Part shown: one piece after another, positions 32,949-44,380 of the stretch
How the letters are laid out: each line of letters begins with the position of its first letter
How positions within the stretch are numbered: position 1 is the first letter of the stretch
Source: Aplysia californica
Lineage: Eukaryota
Direction: 5' to 3'
DNA: 52,391 nt
Assembly (NCBI RefSeq): GCF_000002075.1
Contig: NW_004797540.1
Span: 712,404-764,794, forward strand
The notes under the pieces: model-generated
The model's database searches: none
Told to the model about the DNA's origin: nothing
What the model saw: only the letters and a program-made list of their open reading frames with translations
Program-made: the position numbers and the translations under genes

Positions 32949-33581
32949 TAGAGGTGGGCAAAATCCGGATAATCTGTAAGAATAACCGGATAATTCTCAA
33001 GGAAGCATTATCCGAATTCAGACTCTTTTAACTCTCTTGCCTGACCCGTTTGCCTGACCCGTTTGCCTGACCCGTTTGCCGAAGTGGGTGCTCCCATTTA
33101 TTGAAGTAATGCTAACTAGAGCTGGGCGAAGAATCAAATCCGGAACCGATTCCCACGATTAATGCTACGGAAGAAAAGTTCTGACTCCTTTTTACGCAAA
33201 CCAACGGTTACCAGGTACCTTAATTATTAAAATCTTCGCTCTTTTTTAAAAAGAATTTATTTAAAAAAAAAAAAGTCGATGCTTCTTAGAGTTCCAAAAT
33301 GAAGGTTATCCTAACTCCTGAAGATGTTCGGAGCCCACCAGGTAACAATCGGAAGAAAGCACATCCTTGGGAAGCAAGTCATTGGGTTTGGAGTCCATTC
33401 TTACGATTCCTACTTGCTTTTATTATAATCGGGAACCTAGCCGCCCAGCACTAAAATGCTAACCTGTTTGTTGAAGTGGTTCTAACCTATTTGCCGAAGC
33501 GGTTCATATCATATTATTTGCTGAAGAGGTGCACTAACATATTATCCGGATTTTGCTAAAGCGACTCATTGCCCAGCCCCA
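32949..33581. mobile_element. hAT-like MITE with a second hAT-like MITE nested at 33117-33453
   Basis: Outer ends TAGAGGTGGGCAA / TTGCCCAGCCCCA with 8-bp flanks CCAGAGAG/CCAGAGAC. Inner ends TAGAGCTGGGCG / CGCCCAGCACTA flanked by ATGCTAAC (offset by 2 nt on the right). Confidence 0.7.
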
Positions 33582-33896
33582 CCAGAGACCCATGGACACA
33601 CGCGGGACATTGTGAGAACTGCTGGTGGTGGCAGGGAAGTAATCCATGTTACTGTTAGAACGACAGTGCACAACACAATATTTTTCTGTTACTTCCCTTC
33701 GTTGATCATTTCACGAGTGAGTCTCGCGCGCTCTGGAACTTGGTCGCTTGAACTTAAACTTAAAAATGTTTTTTATGGTGAATTAATTTTCTTGCATATA
33801 TAAGTAATTTTTTTTCTTATAAAATTAAATAGGCAGCAGACCAGCTTTTGTATTTATGCAAACAAACTACCACACACACACACTTACAGTACACAC

Positions 33897-34105
33897 NNNN
33901 NNNNNNNNNNNNNNNNNNNNNNNNNNNNNNNNNNNNNNNNNNNNNNNNNNNNNNNNNNNNNNNNNNNNNNNNNNNNNNNNNNNNNNNNNNNNNNNNNNNN
34001 NNNNNNNNNNNNNNNNNNNNNNNNNNNNNNNNNNNNNNNNNNNNNNNNNNNNNNNNNNNNNNNNNNNNNNNNNNNNNNNNNNNNNNNNNNNNNNNNNNNN
34101 NNNNN
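33897..34105. other. Assembly gap
   Basis: Run of N. Confidence 1.
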
Positions 34106-34537
34106 ACATTCATCACATAGATATCTACACTTGATACACACAGTCACCTCGTACGCTGGGATCACAATATGCAGCGACTTACCTTACTACACACAAACAA
34201 TTTACACTAAATCACATTTTAATGCATGTACACTTATTCCTCTTTTTTTAGGGGGGGGGGGGGGGTTGAAAACATGGGATAATAACCATGGAATAGGAAT
34301 TGGAGAATTACCATGTTTATTGATTAAACAATTATAATGTACTCATAAAATATTAAAGATAATAGATGAAAAGTCAAAAAAGATAGAAAACGATTCTGAT
34401 TCTGTGTGTTTTATAGTTATAGTCTGAACACAAACTACATATTATTATAACTGTAATATAAATATTATATGCTAAATTTCAACCTAATAATCTTGATTGA
34501 GACATTGATTATATATGAAAATTATTTATTAATTGTA

Positions 34538-34723
34538 CTGTCCCCGAGGTTTTATGCAAAAAAATAAAAAAAATCTGAAATTATGCAAACAGCCCAACAA
34601 TGTGAAATTGTGCGATTCTGTTAATTTTAACAAAGAGTGATAAAGGAAAATAATAAGAAATTACGCAAAAAAATGATCTAATTTTGCTAAATTATGCGGG
34701 GTGCATAAAACCCTGGGGACAGG
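34538..34723. mobile_element. MITE, same family as 14032-14211
   Basis: CTGTCCCC..GGGGACAGG with TSD TTGTA. Confidence 0.85.
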
Positions 34724-35419
34724 TTGTAGGTCTTCCTAATTAAATTATCAAATGTCTTTACCCCCCCCCCCCCCCAATGATATCTTAACTATTAAAAACT
34801 CGGGTTAATACATTATGGAGATTATATATATATATAAATATTATGGAATATTGATGACAAAATGTAGAAGTAAGGTAGACATCGAAAACTCACATTCTTG
34901 GGTATATATTGTAATTTTACAAATCAGGAATCTGTGAATAATTCGTTCAAACATACAGACTCTTCATACCTTTGTTCAAAGATACAAACTTTCCATATCT
35001 TGGTCAAAGATACAAACTCTTTAGATCTCGTACTTCTTCATTGTTTTGGACATATCAGAAAAAACCAATCTCACTTCTCGTAAGTCTATGAATTCATGCC
35101 CTTAATTATCCTGCATAATAATAATGTAGTTAACGATGATCTAGAAGTATCAGCTCATTGAAACAAGCTGTGCCCCCAGAGTGTCCATTTTCTGAGAATA
35201 AACCAAAGGACGACCGATGGTAACCAAAAGGTAAATTGTTTCAAGGAAAATATGACTATATTTTAAAACAAATTTCTTTAAAAATATGTTTGTGAAAGTA
35301 TTCATTTTGTACATTTATCATTTATGTAGAGTTTTCAGAAAAGAAAAGACGCTACGTGGCCCACTTTAAGTTGAAGGGATCTGCTGATCGAGCAAAACTT
35401 TGGACCCCCTGGCTCTGCT

Positions 35420-36679
35420 TTAGACACATCTCACATTGCTCAGGTCCTCAGTCTCCTCAGCTTTCTTTTCATCTTTTTCCTTTTCCGAGTCCATCTTTTC
35501 CTCAGCTCCTTCTTCTCCTCCTCCTTCTCCTGCTTGATTTCCTCCTTCAGCTCCGTCCTTCTGTCCATCCAGCTCAAACTGACCACTGGCCACTATTGGT
35601 CCAGCCAGCCCGGAGTCCTGTGTCCAAGCCTCGTTCTCAGCCAGGTCACGTGTCACCATGGGGCCCAGGTTGTCTTGGCTGAGGTAGAGAAGAAGGTAGG
35701 CGTCGGTGGGTAGGGATGGTCTCGCCGCTACCTGACTACGGCATGTCCCCATGGTCAGTCTGGACAGCCAAGTGAGAAAACTGACCACTGAGACCACGGT
35801 GAGAATCAAGAGATAGACGAGGAGGCCAGTGAACAACGCGTGATGGCCAAGCTGTGAGCGACGACTGGTGTCTGTTGGGGAGAACAGACATTGCATAACG
35901 TAATCGTGATGGTTTGACATTTGTCGAATGGTGAAAAAACAGGGTAAAATTTCCGACTGTTGCTGTATGGGTTGTCTTGAGCCAGTCTCAGCGAAGACCT
36001 GGGGCAGTATCCTTGTACTCAGAACGATGGACTCCAGAACTAGGACAAGGGAGCTGAAGAACTTGTAGAACAGATACGACACTGTGGCTCGATGTGGGCA
36101 GTCCTTGAGAGCTTTATCAACAGACTGGACCAGATCGGTGGTCACCTGACGTTTTGTGTCCGTCTGAAGGTTCTGGGCGTGGTCAGCTATGTGCAGAGTT
36201 TTCTCTATGTTGACCGGACAGAAAGTAAACATGAGGTACCAGACCAAGTGGGGTAACTTGATGAGTAGAGCAAAGACAAACAGAAGAAGTGGGGCGGTGA
36301 CGGAGGCGAAATGTCGGTGGTTGGTGTTGGGGGCGGGCGTGGAGGACACATTGGCTACGTCCTCGTCCACTTCAGACATTCTCACCAGCCTACGGCCGTG
36401 TGGGTTCCAAAGATTCTCTTCCAACGTCCCTCTTTGGAAGGCCTCAGTGTACCACTTAGAGCAGACGCTGTTGGCATACTCCACTTGGCTGGACTCAAAC
36501 TGGGCGGGGCACCAGCACTTTGCTTGGAAAGTCGGCGTTTCTTCTCCGGAGCTTATGACCAATGGGCTGGCAGCTAGTAACCACGTGACAAGAGACAGGA
36601 AGAAGAGGAGGCTCACGGTCCATGTGTGGACGTAACGGTCAGTTGAGTCCTCGCCCAAAGATCGTTGTAGGAAAGGCAT
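35420..36679 (-). CDS. Divergent innexin, copy A (419 aa, single coding ORF)
   Basis: Innexin pattern: EDSTDRY before TM1, CWCPAQF...YANSVC (two loop-1 Cys), P-LLLF..ALLIKLPHLVW (TM2), YLFYK (TM3), C-F-IRQMSN...QC (two loop-2 Cys), TM4, then DAYLLL..SQDNLG..VTRDL. An AG acceptor 38 nt upstream of the ATG keeps the frame open, so a small upstream exon may extend the N-terminus. Confidence 0.88.
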   Translation of the reverse strand: MPFLQRSLGEDSTDRYVHTWTVSLLFFLSLVTWLLAASPLVISSGEETPTFQAKCWCPAQFESSQVEYANSVCSKWYTEAFQRGTLEENLWNPHGRRLVRMSEVDEDVANVSSTPAPNTNHRHFASVTAPLLLFVFALLIKLPHLVWYLMFTFCPVNIEKTLHIADHAQNLQTDTKRQVTTDLVQSVDKALKDCPHRATVSYLFYKFFSSLVLVLESIVLSTRILPQVFAETGSRQPIQQQSEILPCFFTIRQMSNHHDYVMQCLFSPTDTSRRSQLGHHALFTGLLVYLLILTVVSVVSFLTWLSRLTMGTCRSQVAARPSLPTDAYLLLYLSQDNLGPMVTRDLAENEAWTQDSGLAGPIVASGQFELDGQKDGAEGGNQAGEGGGEEGAEEKMDSEKEKDEKKAEETEDLSNVRCV

Positions 36680-37589
36680 GTCGGTTCTAGTTTGACCACT
36701 TCCGCTGAAGTCAGATGCTGTAAAGGCAGACGTAGAACAAGGTCATAAATCAATGGAGAGTTGGAAAAAAACCCACACAGCTTTCTTCTTGTTTAAATCT
36801 TCTCAAAGTCAGCGTGTTGGAAACTGAATATGGCGAAATCATTATCTTCGGACCTCTGGCTGGGTTCTCCCAGATTTGTGTGCGTTGATTTCATGTCAAC
36901 ACTTCTGTGTGATGTCACAACCATACCCTGGTATGTTGATTCAATGTTAAAATTACTGCCGTGTAGGTTTTACAGCAATGTTTCAGACAAGGATTTTTTA
37001 AAAAGTTCTTACACTTTTAACTTGAAAAATGATGGCAAGAGCGCGTTATGGAGAAATGTGCAGAATTTACAGTAACATGTTCATACAGTCGATTTTGTTT
37101 CTCACAGTCTTTGTGAAAACCGCAAACACATCTCTCTATTTCAAGGGGCAATCGAAAGGAGAGGAAATGAAATGCAGTAAATATTTGGTTCCATTAACTG
37201 AGAAGTTTGTAAAACAGAGCAGCGTGCGAAGCGTGAAATGAGAAACGCGTAAACATTCTTCCAAGGGAATGGTTGTAAGAGATTACGTTTTGAGAAGGCA
37301 GCAACACATTGATGAGTAGGTAGGGAAAAATTTTAAACAGAAGTTCTAATGAGGAACAGACTTTTAAGGTAAATATTACCTATTACGAGCATTTCTTCCC
37401 ACCACCCCTAACATACTAGATGAAGAATTAAGATAAATTTGTTTATCATCGATAGAGGGTTCGGAAAAAATCTGTTTCTGAATTTTTTGCCTTGTCATGG
37501 TCCGCCATGATTGCAGAGAACCCACGTCATCACTGCTCTACTTGACGGCTATAAATAGCGACGCTTGGTATGGGAAATAATCCTCCTAC

Positions 37590-37860
37590 GTTTGTGGTGT
37601 AGTGGTTAGAGACGTCAGTGTGGCATGTAGAAGATATGGGTTCGACTCCTGGTTAGGGAAGATGTAATATTATTCTAAGGGACATCTCCGCATGTTTGTG
37701 ATCATGATGTAGCCCAGCCTGCCCCGATCTGCTCTGACAGGCAGGTACAACTGGCCAGACTCCTAAATAATCTACCATTAGTTCGTCCATCAATTTCTGA
37801 CCACACACGGAAGAATCAGTCTTGGGTCTGACCATGGCTAATGTATCTGCAGGGGTCAAT
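37590..37860 (+). mobile_element. tRNA-derived repeat in the innexin spacer (paralogues at ~42068-42340 and ~46606-46878)
   Basis: TGGTGTAGTGG A box and GGTTCGACTCC B box, with no closing acceptor stem. Confidence 0.65.
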
Positions 37861-38527
37861 ATTACATGAAGGGGGAAAAAGAAGAAATACGGATACTGAA
37901 AAATGATATTTAAGCTGTTTATTTTATAGTTGTCAAAACATTAATAAATGTGTTAATAAAGAAGAAATGATAGCAAATGAAATATTGTAAACCAAAAGCG
38001 AAGGTAACTACAATAACAGTCCAAACAAAACACTGATACTGAGATTAAAGAAATGAACTGTATCAAAGTTATGAGGAAAAATATTTTTATATGATTGGTT
38101 AAATATTAATATAATTAAAATACAATGTTATAAAATTTAAAAACAAATGGCCATTAATTGTAGTTAGCACTGTGAATGCTGAAATTCTCGTGCAGTAATA
38201 AAAAAATCGTGAATGGCCAAAAGTAAATACCGTTGAATTTGTTCTCACATGATTTTGTCAGGTATACAATATTACCCCCACATTATTATATTGTAAAGAA
38301 AATTGCCGATTTCGAAGCACTCATCTAGATCTACCAGTTTGATCCTTTGAAAGTGTAATAGGAACGACAGGTTATGACAGTGCTATCCGAGAAAGTCATT
38401 GAGTTCTATTTTGATTTTTCCATGTCGTTCTGGAAAGGAAGTAATGGCTTTCGTAATGTTGACACATCTTTGTTGATTATTACTTTGGACAAGATTTCTG
38501 AACCTATTGTGTGTTGACCTAGGGTCA

Positions 38528-38627
38528 NNNNNNNNNNNNNNNNNNNNNNNNNNNNNNNNNNNNNNNNNNNNNNNNNNNNNNNNNNNNNNNNNNNNNNNNN
38601 NNNNNNNNNNNNNNNNNNNNNNNNNNN
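38528..38627. other. Assembly gap (100 N) at the 42-bp minisatellite
   Basis: Run of N. The paralogous spacers indicate roughly 0.8 kb or more is missing, and extra gene copies could be hidden here. Confidence 1.
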
Positions 38628-38883
38628 ACAGAGAGGAAAAGAAAATACTGCAGTAGATGTCCATGCACTGGTTTAGTATCTCTCCAGAACATACATGTAT
38701 TTTAGCAATCTTTGTATTATTAAGGAAACCAATTCTTTTGTTCTTGATTTAAATTGATTTCCTTGTACTATGATGGTGACTAGACTAAGAGCAATGTTGA
38801 AAATGTTATCCCATCCAGCCGTTGTTGTTTTGAACAGATCAGAAAAAGAGATCTTAGAATGTCTCAAAGTCCATTTCCTTATA

Positions 38884-39674
38884 CAGTGGAGTCCACTTAT
38901 AACGAGTCCTGAAACAACGAGAAGTCTGTTATAAGGACACTGTTCTAAAACCCCGTTTGTTCTCGTTCTTTATCTTTGTAAATAAAATACTGCTATAGCG
39001 CAATCAGACCGTCACGCGAGTCGGTTTTAACGGAATATTGCTGCTGCTGTGCACAGCGCACAGACCAATTACATATTATAAAACCTTACCAGTTGAGAAA
39101 GTTGGTGATCCAGCGAAATTAAGAATGGGAGAGCCCACGCGAACCAACAGTGAAGGCCGAAGCGAATGAGTAGGGAGGGAGTGTCATGCGCAGACAAGCA
39201 GAACGCATCAGGTGATAGGCCTGCCCATTCTAGATTATCTAGGCATACCGTGCCTATCACTTCTCTGGTGCGGGATGGAGAGGTCACAATGCTGTGATAG
39301 ATGGAGTGAATGTGTGACGTGCGCAAGCAGACGCAACGCACCACAGGGTGTGGTGGGATGGGGGACAACACAGCGGGCGAGTTAGCCTAGAGCCAGAGCC
39401 CCTTCTTTCTGATCGCCAAGGCCGAGCTGTCAGCATTGCTAGTGATAGAGAAAGAAACCTAATTCGATTTTTTTATCAAGTAAGACCTACAGATCATGTT
39501 GAACAAATCATCATCAGGGGAAATACAAAAAGGAATAAACAGAACGCCAAACTCATAGATGAGATCTACTTTACTATTTCCCTTGAATTTATTACTGGAT
39601 CCCTTGTAACGAGAATCCTGCTATAACGGACATCGCACCGGTCCCTTCCCTCTCGTTATAACAGGATTCCACTG
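38884..39674. mobile_element. Non-autonomous Tc1/mariner-pogo-type DNA element (~790 bp)
   Basis: TIRs CAGTGGAGTCCACTTATAACGAG and (reverse complement) CAGTGGAATCCTGTTATAACGAG with a TA duplication. The empty site CCTTATAATACAACAG is visible in the paralogous spacers (~44087 and ~48718). Confidence 0.9.
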
Positions 39675-40029
39675 TAATACAACAGAATGGTTACCTTTGT
39701 GTGTCATTGAGGTAAACTGCAAATAAAACTTTTTGAGAATCGTGCCCTGAAAGATCTAAGTTGTTACAAAAGGTTTAAAAAATACAATGAAAATATAAAA
39801 ATGTTTTCTAATTATTATCTTTTGTTCGTTTGTAGAAATAAAATACTCTTCAAACAGTTGTTTAAAACTTTCTAAAACGAAACGGAATACTTTAGACCAA
39901 GTCAACTTTGTCAAGATCTACAGTCATGTCATCTTTCTTTTCATTTTTTTCCTTTTCCAAGTCCATCTTTTCCTCAGCTCCTTCATCTCCTCCTCCTTCT
40001 CCTGCTTGATCGCCTCCTTCAGCTCCGCC

Positions 40030-41151
40030 CTACTGTCCATCCAGCTCAAACTTACCACAGGCCACTATTGGTCCAGCCAGCCCGGAGTCCTGTGTCCAAG
40101 CCTCGTTCTCAGCCAGGTCACGTGTCACCATGGGACCCAGGTTGTCTTGGCTGAGGTAGAGAAGAAGGTAGGCGTCGGTGGGTAGGGATGGTCTCGCCGC
40201 TACCTGACTACGGCATGTCCCCATGGTCAGTCTGGACAGCCAGGTGAGAAAACTGACCACTGAGACCACGGTGAGAATCAAGAGATAGACGAGGAGGCCA
40301 GTGAACAACGCGTGATGGCCAAACTGTGAGCGATGACTGGTGTATGTTGGGGAGAACAGACATGGCAAGGTGTACTGGTGGACATTTGTAAGTGCTCGAA
40401 TCGGGAAAAAACAGGGTAAAATTTCCGACTGTTGCTGTATGGGTTGTCCTGAGCCAGTCTCAGCGAAGACCTGGGGCAGTATCCTTGTACTCAGAACGAT
40501 GGACTCCAGAACTAGGACAAGGGAGCTGAAGAACTTGTAGAACAGATACGACACTGTGGCTCGATGTGGGCAGTCTTTGAGAGCTTTGTCAACAGACTGG
40601 ACCAGATCAGTGGTTAGATGACGTTTTGTGTCCGTCTGAAGGTTCTGGGCGTGGTCAGCTGTGTGCAGAGTTTTCTCTATGTTGACCGGACAGAAAGTAG
40701 ACATGAGGTACCAGACCAAGTGGGGTAACTTGATGAGTAGAGCAAAGACAAACAGAAGAAGTGGGGCGGTGACGGAGGCGAAATGTCGGTGGTTGGTGTT
40801 GGGGGCGGGCGTGGAGGACACATTGGCTACGTCCTCGTCCACTTCAGGCATTGTCACCAGCCCACGGCCGTACGGGTTCCAAAGGTTCTCTTCCAACGTC
40901 CCTCTTTGGAAGGCCTCAGTGTACCACTTAGAGCAGACGCTGTTGGCATACTCCACTTGGCTGGACTCAAACTGGGCGGGGCACCAGCACTTTGCTTGGA
41001 AAGTCGGCGTTCCTTCTCCAGAGCTTATGACCAATGGGCTGGCAGCTAGTAACCACGTGACAAGAGACAGGAAGAAGAGGAGGCTCACGGTCCATGTGTG
41101 GACGTAACGGTCAGTTGAGTCCTCGCCCAAAGATCGTTGTAGGAAAGGCAT
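40030..41151 (-). CDS. Divergent innexin, copy B (373 aa; AAG>TAG removes the acidic C-terminal tail)
   Basis: Near-identical to copies A and C. The stop at 40030-40032 replaces a Lys codon. The ancestral tail stays in frame to a TAA at 39892-39894. Confidence 0.85.
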   Translation of the reverse strand: MPFLQRSLGEDSTDRYVHTWTVSLLFFLSLVTWLLAASPLVISSGEGTPTFQAKCWCPAQFESSQVEYANSVCSKWYTEAFQRGTLEENLWNPYGRGLVTMPEVDEDVANVSSTPAPNTNHRHFASVTAPLLLFVFALLIKLPHLVWYLMSTFCPVNIEKTLHTADHAQNLQTDTKRHLTTDLVQSVDKALKDCPHRATVSYLFYKFFSSLVLVLESIVLSTRILPQVFAETGSGQPIQQQSEILPCFFPIRALTNVHQYTLPCLFSPTYTSHRSQFGHHALFTGLLVYLLILTVVSVVSFLTWLSRLTMGTCRSQVAARPSLPTDAYLLLYLSQDNLGPMVTRDLAENEAWTQDSGLAGPIVACGKFELDGQ

Positions 41152-42981
41152 GTCGGTTCTAGTTTGACCACTTCCGCTGAAGTCAGATGCTGTAAAGGCA
41201 GACGTAGAACAAGGTCATAAATCAATGGAGAGTTGAAAAAAACCCCACACAGCTTTCTTCTTGTTTAAATCTTCTCAAAGTCAACGTGTTGGAAACTGAA
41301 TATGGCGAAATCATTATCTTCGGACCTCTGGCTGGGTTCTCCCAGAATTGTGTGCGTTGATTTCATGTCAACACTTCTGTGTGATGTCACAACCATACCC
41401 TGGTATGTTGATTCAATGTTAAAATTACTGCCATGTAGGTTTTACAGCAATGTTTCAGACAAGGATTTTTAAAAAGTTCTTACACTTTTAACTTGAAAAA
41501 TGATGGCAAGAGCGCGTTATGGAGAAATGTGCAGAATTTACAGTAACATGTTCATACAGTCGATTTTGTTTCTCACAGTCTTTGTGAAAACCGCAAACAC
41601 ATCTCTCTATTTCAAGGGGCAATCGAAAGGAGTGGAAATGAAATGCAGTAAATATTTGGTTCCATTAACTGAGAAGATTGTAAAACAGAAAAAAAGTAGC
41701 GTACGTGCGAAGCGTGAAATGAGAAACGCGTAAACATTCTTCAAAGGGAATGGTTGTAAGAGATTATGTTTTGAGAAGGCAGAAACAAATTGATGAGTAG
41801 GTAGGGAAAAGCGAACAGAAGTTCTAATGAGGAACAGACTTTTAAGGTAAATATTACCTATTACGAGCATTTCTTCCCACCACCCCTAACATACTAGATG
41901 AAGAATTAAAATAAATTTGTTTATCATCGATAGGGGGTTCGGAAAAAATCTGTTTCTGAATTTTTTGCCTTGTCAAGATCCACCATGATTTCAGAGAAGC
42001 CACGTCATCACTTCTCTACTTGACGGCTATAAATAGCGACGCTTGGTGTGGGAAATAATCCACCCACGTTTGTGGTGTAGTGGTTAGAGACGTCAGTGCG
42101 GCGCGTAGAAGATATGGGTTCGACTCCTGGTTAGGGAAGTTGTAAAATTATTCTAAGGGACATCTCTGCATGTTTGTGATCATGATGTAGCCCAGCCTGC
42201 CCCGATCTGCTCTGACAGGCAGGTAAAACTGGCCAGACTCCTGAATAATCTACCATTAGTTCGTCCATCAATGTCTGACCACACACGGAAGAATCAGTCT
42301 TGGGTCTGACCATGGCTAATGTATCTGCAGGGGTCAATATTACATGAAGTGGGAAAAAGAAGAAATACGGATACTGAAATATGAGGTTTAAACTGTTTAT
42401 TTTATAATTGTCAAAATATTATGAATAAATATGCAATCATTATATATGGAAGAAATGATGGTAAATGAAATATTTCAAACTAAAAGCGAAGGTAACTACA
42501 ATGACAGTCCAAACAAAACACTGGTACTGGGATTAAAGAAATGAACTGTATGAAAGTTATGAGGAAAAATATTTCTATACTTTGGTTAAATATTCATATA
42601 ATCAACAAGGTTATAAAATTCAAAAACAAATGGCCACTAATTGTAGTTAGGACTGTGAATGCTGACATTCTCGTGCAGTAATAAAGAATCATGAATGGTC
42701 AAAAGTAAATACTGATGAATTTGTTCCCACATGATTTTGTCAGGTATACGATATTACCCACAAATTGTAAAGAAAACTGCCGATTTCGAAGCACTCATCT
42801 AGATCTACCAGTTTGATCCTTTGAAAGTGTAATAGGAACGACAGGTTATGACAGTGCTATCCGAGAAAGTCATTGAGTTCTATTTTGATTTGTCCATGTC
42901 GTTCTGGAAAGGAAGTAATGGCTTTCGTAATGTTGACACATCTTTGTTGATTATTACTTTGGACAAGATTTCTGAACCTAT

Positions 42982-43236
42982 TGTGTGTTGACCTAGGGTC
43001 AGTGTAGTAAATATTGCCAGAACTGTGTGTTGACCTAGGGTCAGTGTAGTAAATATTGCCAGAACTGTGTGTTGACCTAGGGTCAGTGTTGTAAATATTG
43101 CCAGAACTGTGTGTTGACCTAGGGTCAGTGTTGTAAATATTGCCAGAACTGTGTGTTGACCTAGGGTCAGTGTAGTAAATATTGCCAGAACTGTGTGTTG
43201 ACCTAGGGTCAGTGTAGTAAATATTGCCAGAACTGT
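42982..43236. repeat. 42-bp minisatellite, 6 copies
   Basis: Unit ACTGTGTGTTGACCTAGGGTCAGTGTAGTAAATATTGCCAGA in direct tandem, no spacers. Confidence 0.95.
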
Positions 43237-44380
43237 ATGAACGGCCAGGGGCGAATAGTGGTAGTAAGCTCCGCGCCATTCCATGTAGCGAGCAAACGGC
43301 AGAGAGTGAAAGGAAAAGATAGCAGCCTGTCTCCAGATAATGTTATTATTGTTCAACCAGTGTGAATAATGGGAACACGAGTTTGTTCTATTTGATAAAA
43401 AAAAAAAAATGATATACATTTATAAATATACAAACAAATTTATTGAAAAGGAGATACAGAAAAAAAATGTCTTAAGAATAGATCTTGAGGCATTAGTCCA
43501 AGGGAGCTGTTGGTTAATTAAATAAGTTGTCCTTAGAGTCCAGCTTTTTGTACAATTAGATATAACATATTATGTCCTCGTGTTTTCTATTTCTTGTGTG
43601 TCTTTTAAGTGTCTCAATCATCTCACTGGACTCCCTCTCCCTCGCTATAATTCTTTGTCCACGTCGGTGATTATTTAACTGTACTTCTATAGGTGTCATT
43701 AAGTGACTATCATTCCCAAACTGTCATTTCCCCTCTACCAAGTCAATAAGTAATTCTGTGACTGTTATTCTTCAACCATTGTTCTTTAGCACACAATCTT
43801 TGTCTGTCTCCTTGAGATTGATTCACAGAATCGTGTGCACAGAGAGGAAAAGAAAATACTGCTGTAGATGTCCATGTACTGGTTTAGTATCTCTCCAGAA
43901 CATACGTGTATTTTAGCGACCTTTGTATAATTAAGGAAACCAATTAATTTGTTCTTGATTTAAATTGATCTCTTTGTACTATGATGGTGACTAGACTAAG
44001 AGCACTGTTGAAAAGGTTATCCCACCCAGCGGTCGTTGTTCTGGACAGTTCAGAAAAAAGGGATCTTAGAATGTCTAACTTCTTTTCCTTATAATACAAC
44101 AGAACGGTTCAACGTTCTTTGTCTATTAGCTAGATGAGGATATGATCTGTGTAAATTGAAGGTTTTGAGAATCGTGCCCCGAACGATCCAAGTTGTTACG
44201 ATTAGGTTAAAGATGCAACGAAAAGATGAAAATATTTTGTAAAGTTATCTTTTGTACGTTTGTGGAAATTAAATACGTTTCTAGTAATTCTTTAGAGCTT
44301 ACTAAAACGAAACGCAATATTTCCTTTCCAACATTAAGGAACCGACGGCTAATGCGACACTTTAGCGACTTTACACCATA

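Noticed and set aside
33817-34165. ORFs spanning the N run
   Set aside because: Artefacts of the assembly gap.
36189-36635. 148-aa and 88-aa + strand ORFs repeated in copies A-C
   Set aside because: Antisense shadows of the innexin CDS. They are conserved only because the DNA is duplicated, and are not listed for copy D.
37590-37665. tRNA gene
   Set aside because: A and B boxes are present but there is no paired acceptor or anticodon stem. It is treated as a tRNA-derived repeat, as are 13684-13750 and 50538-50615.
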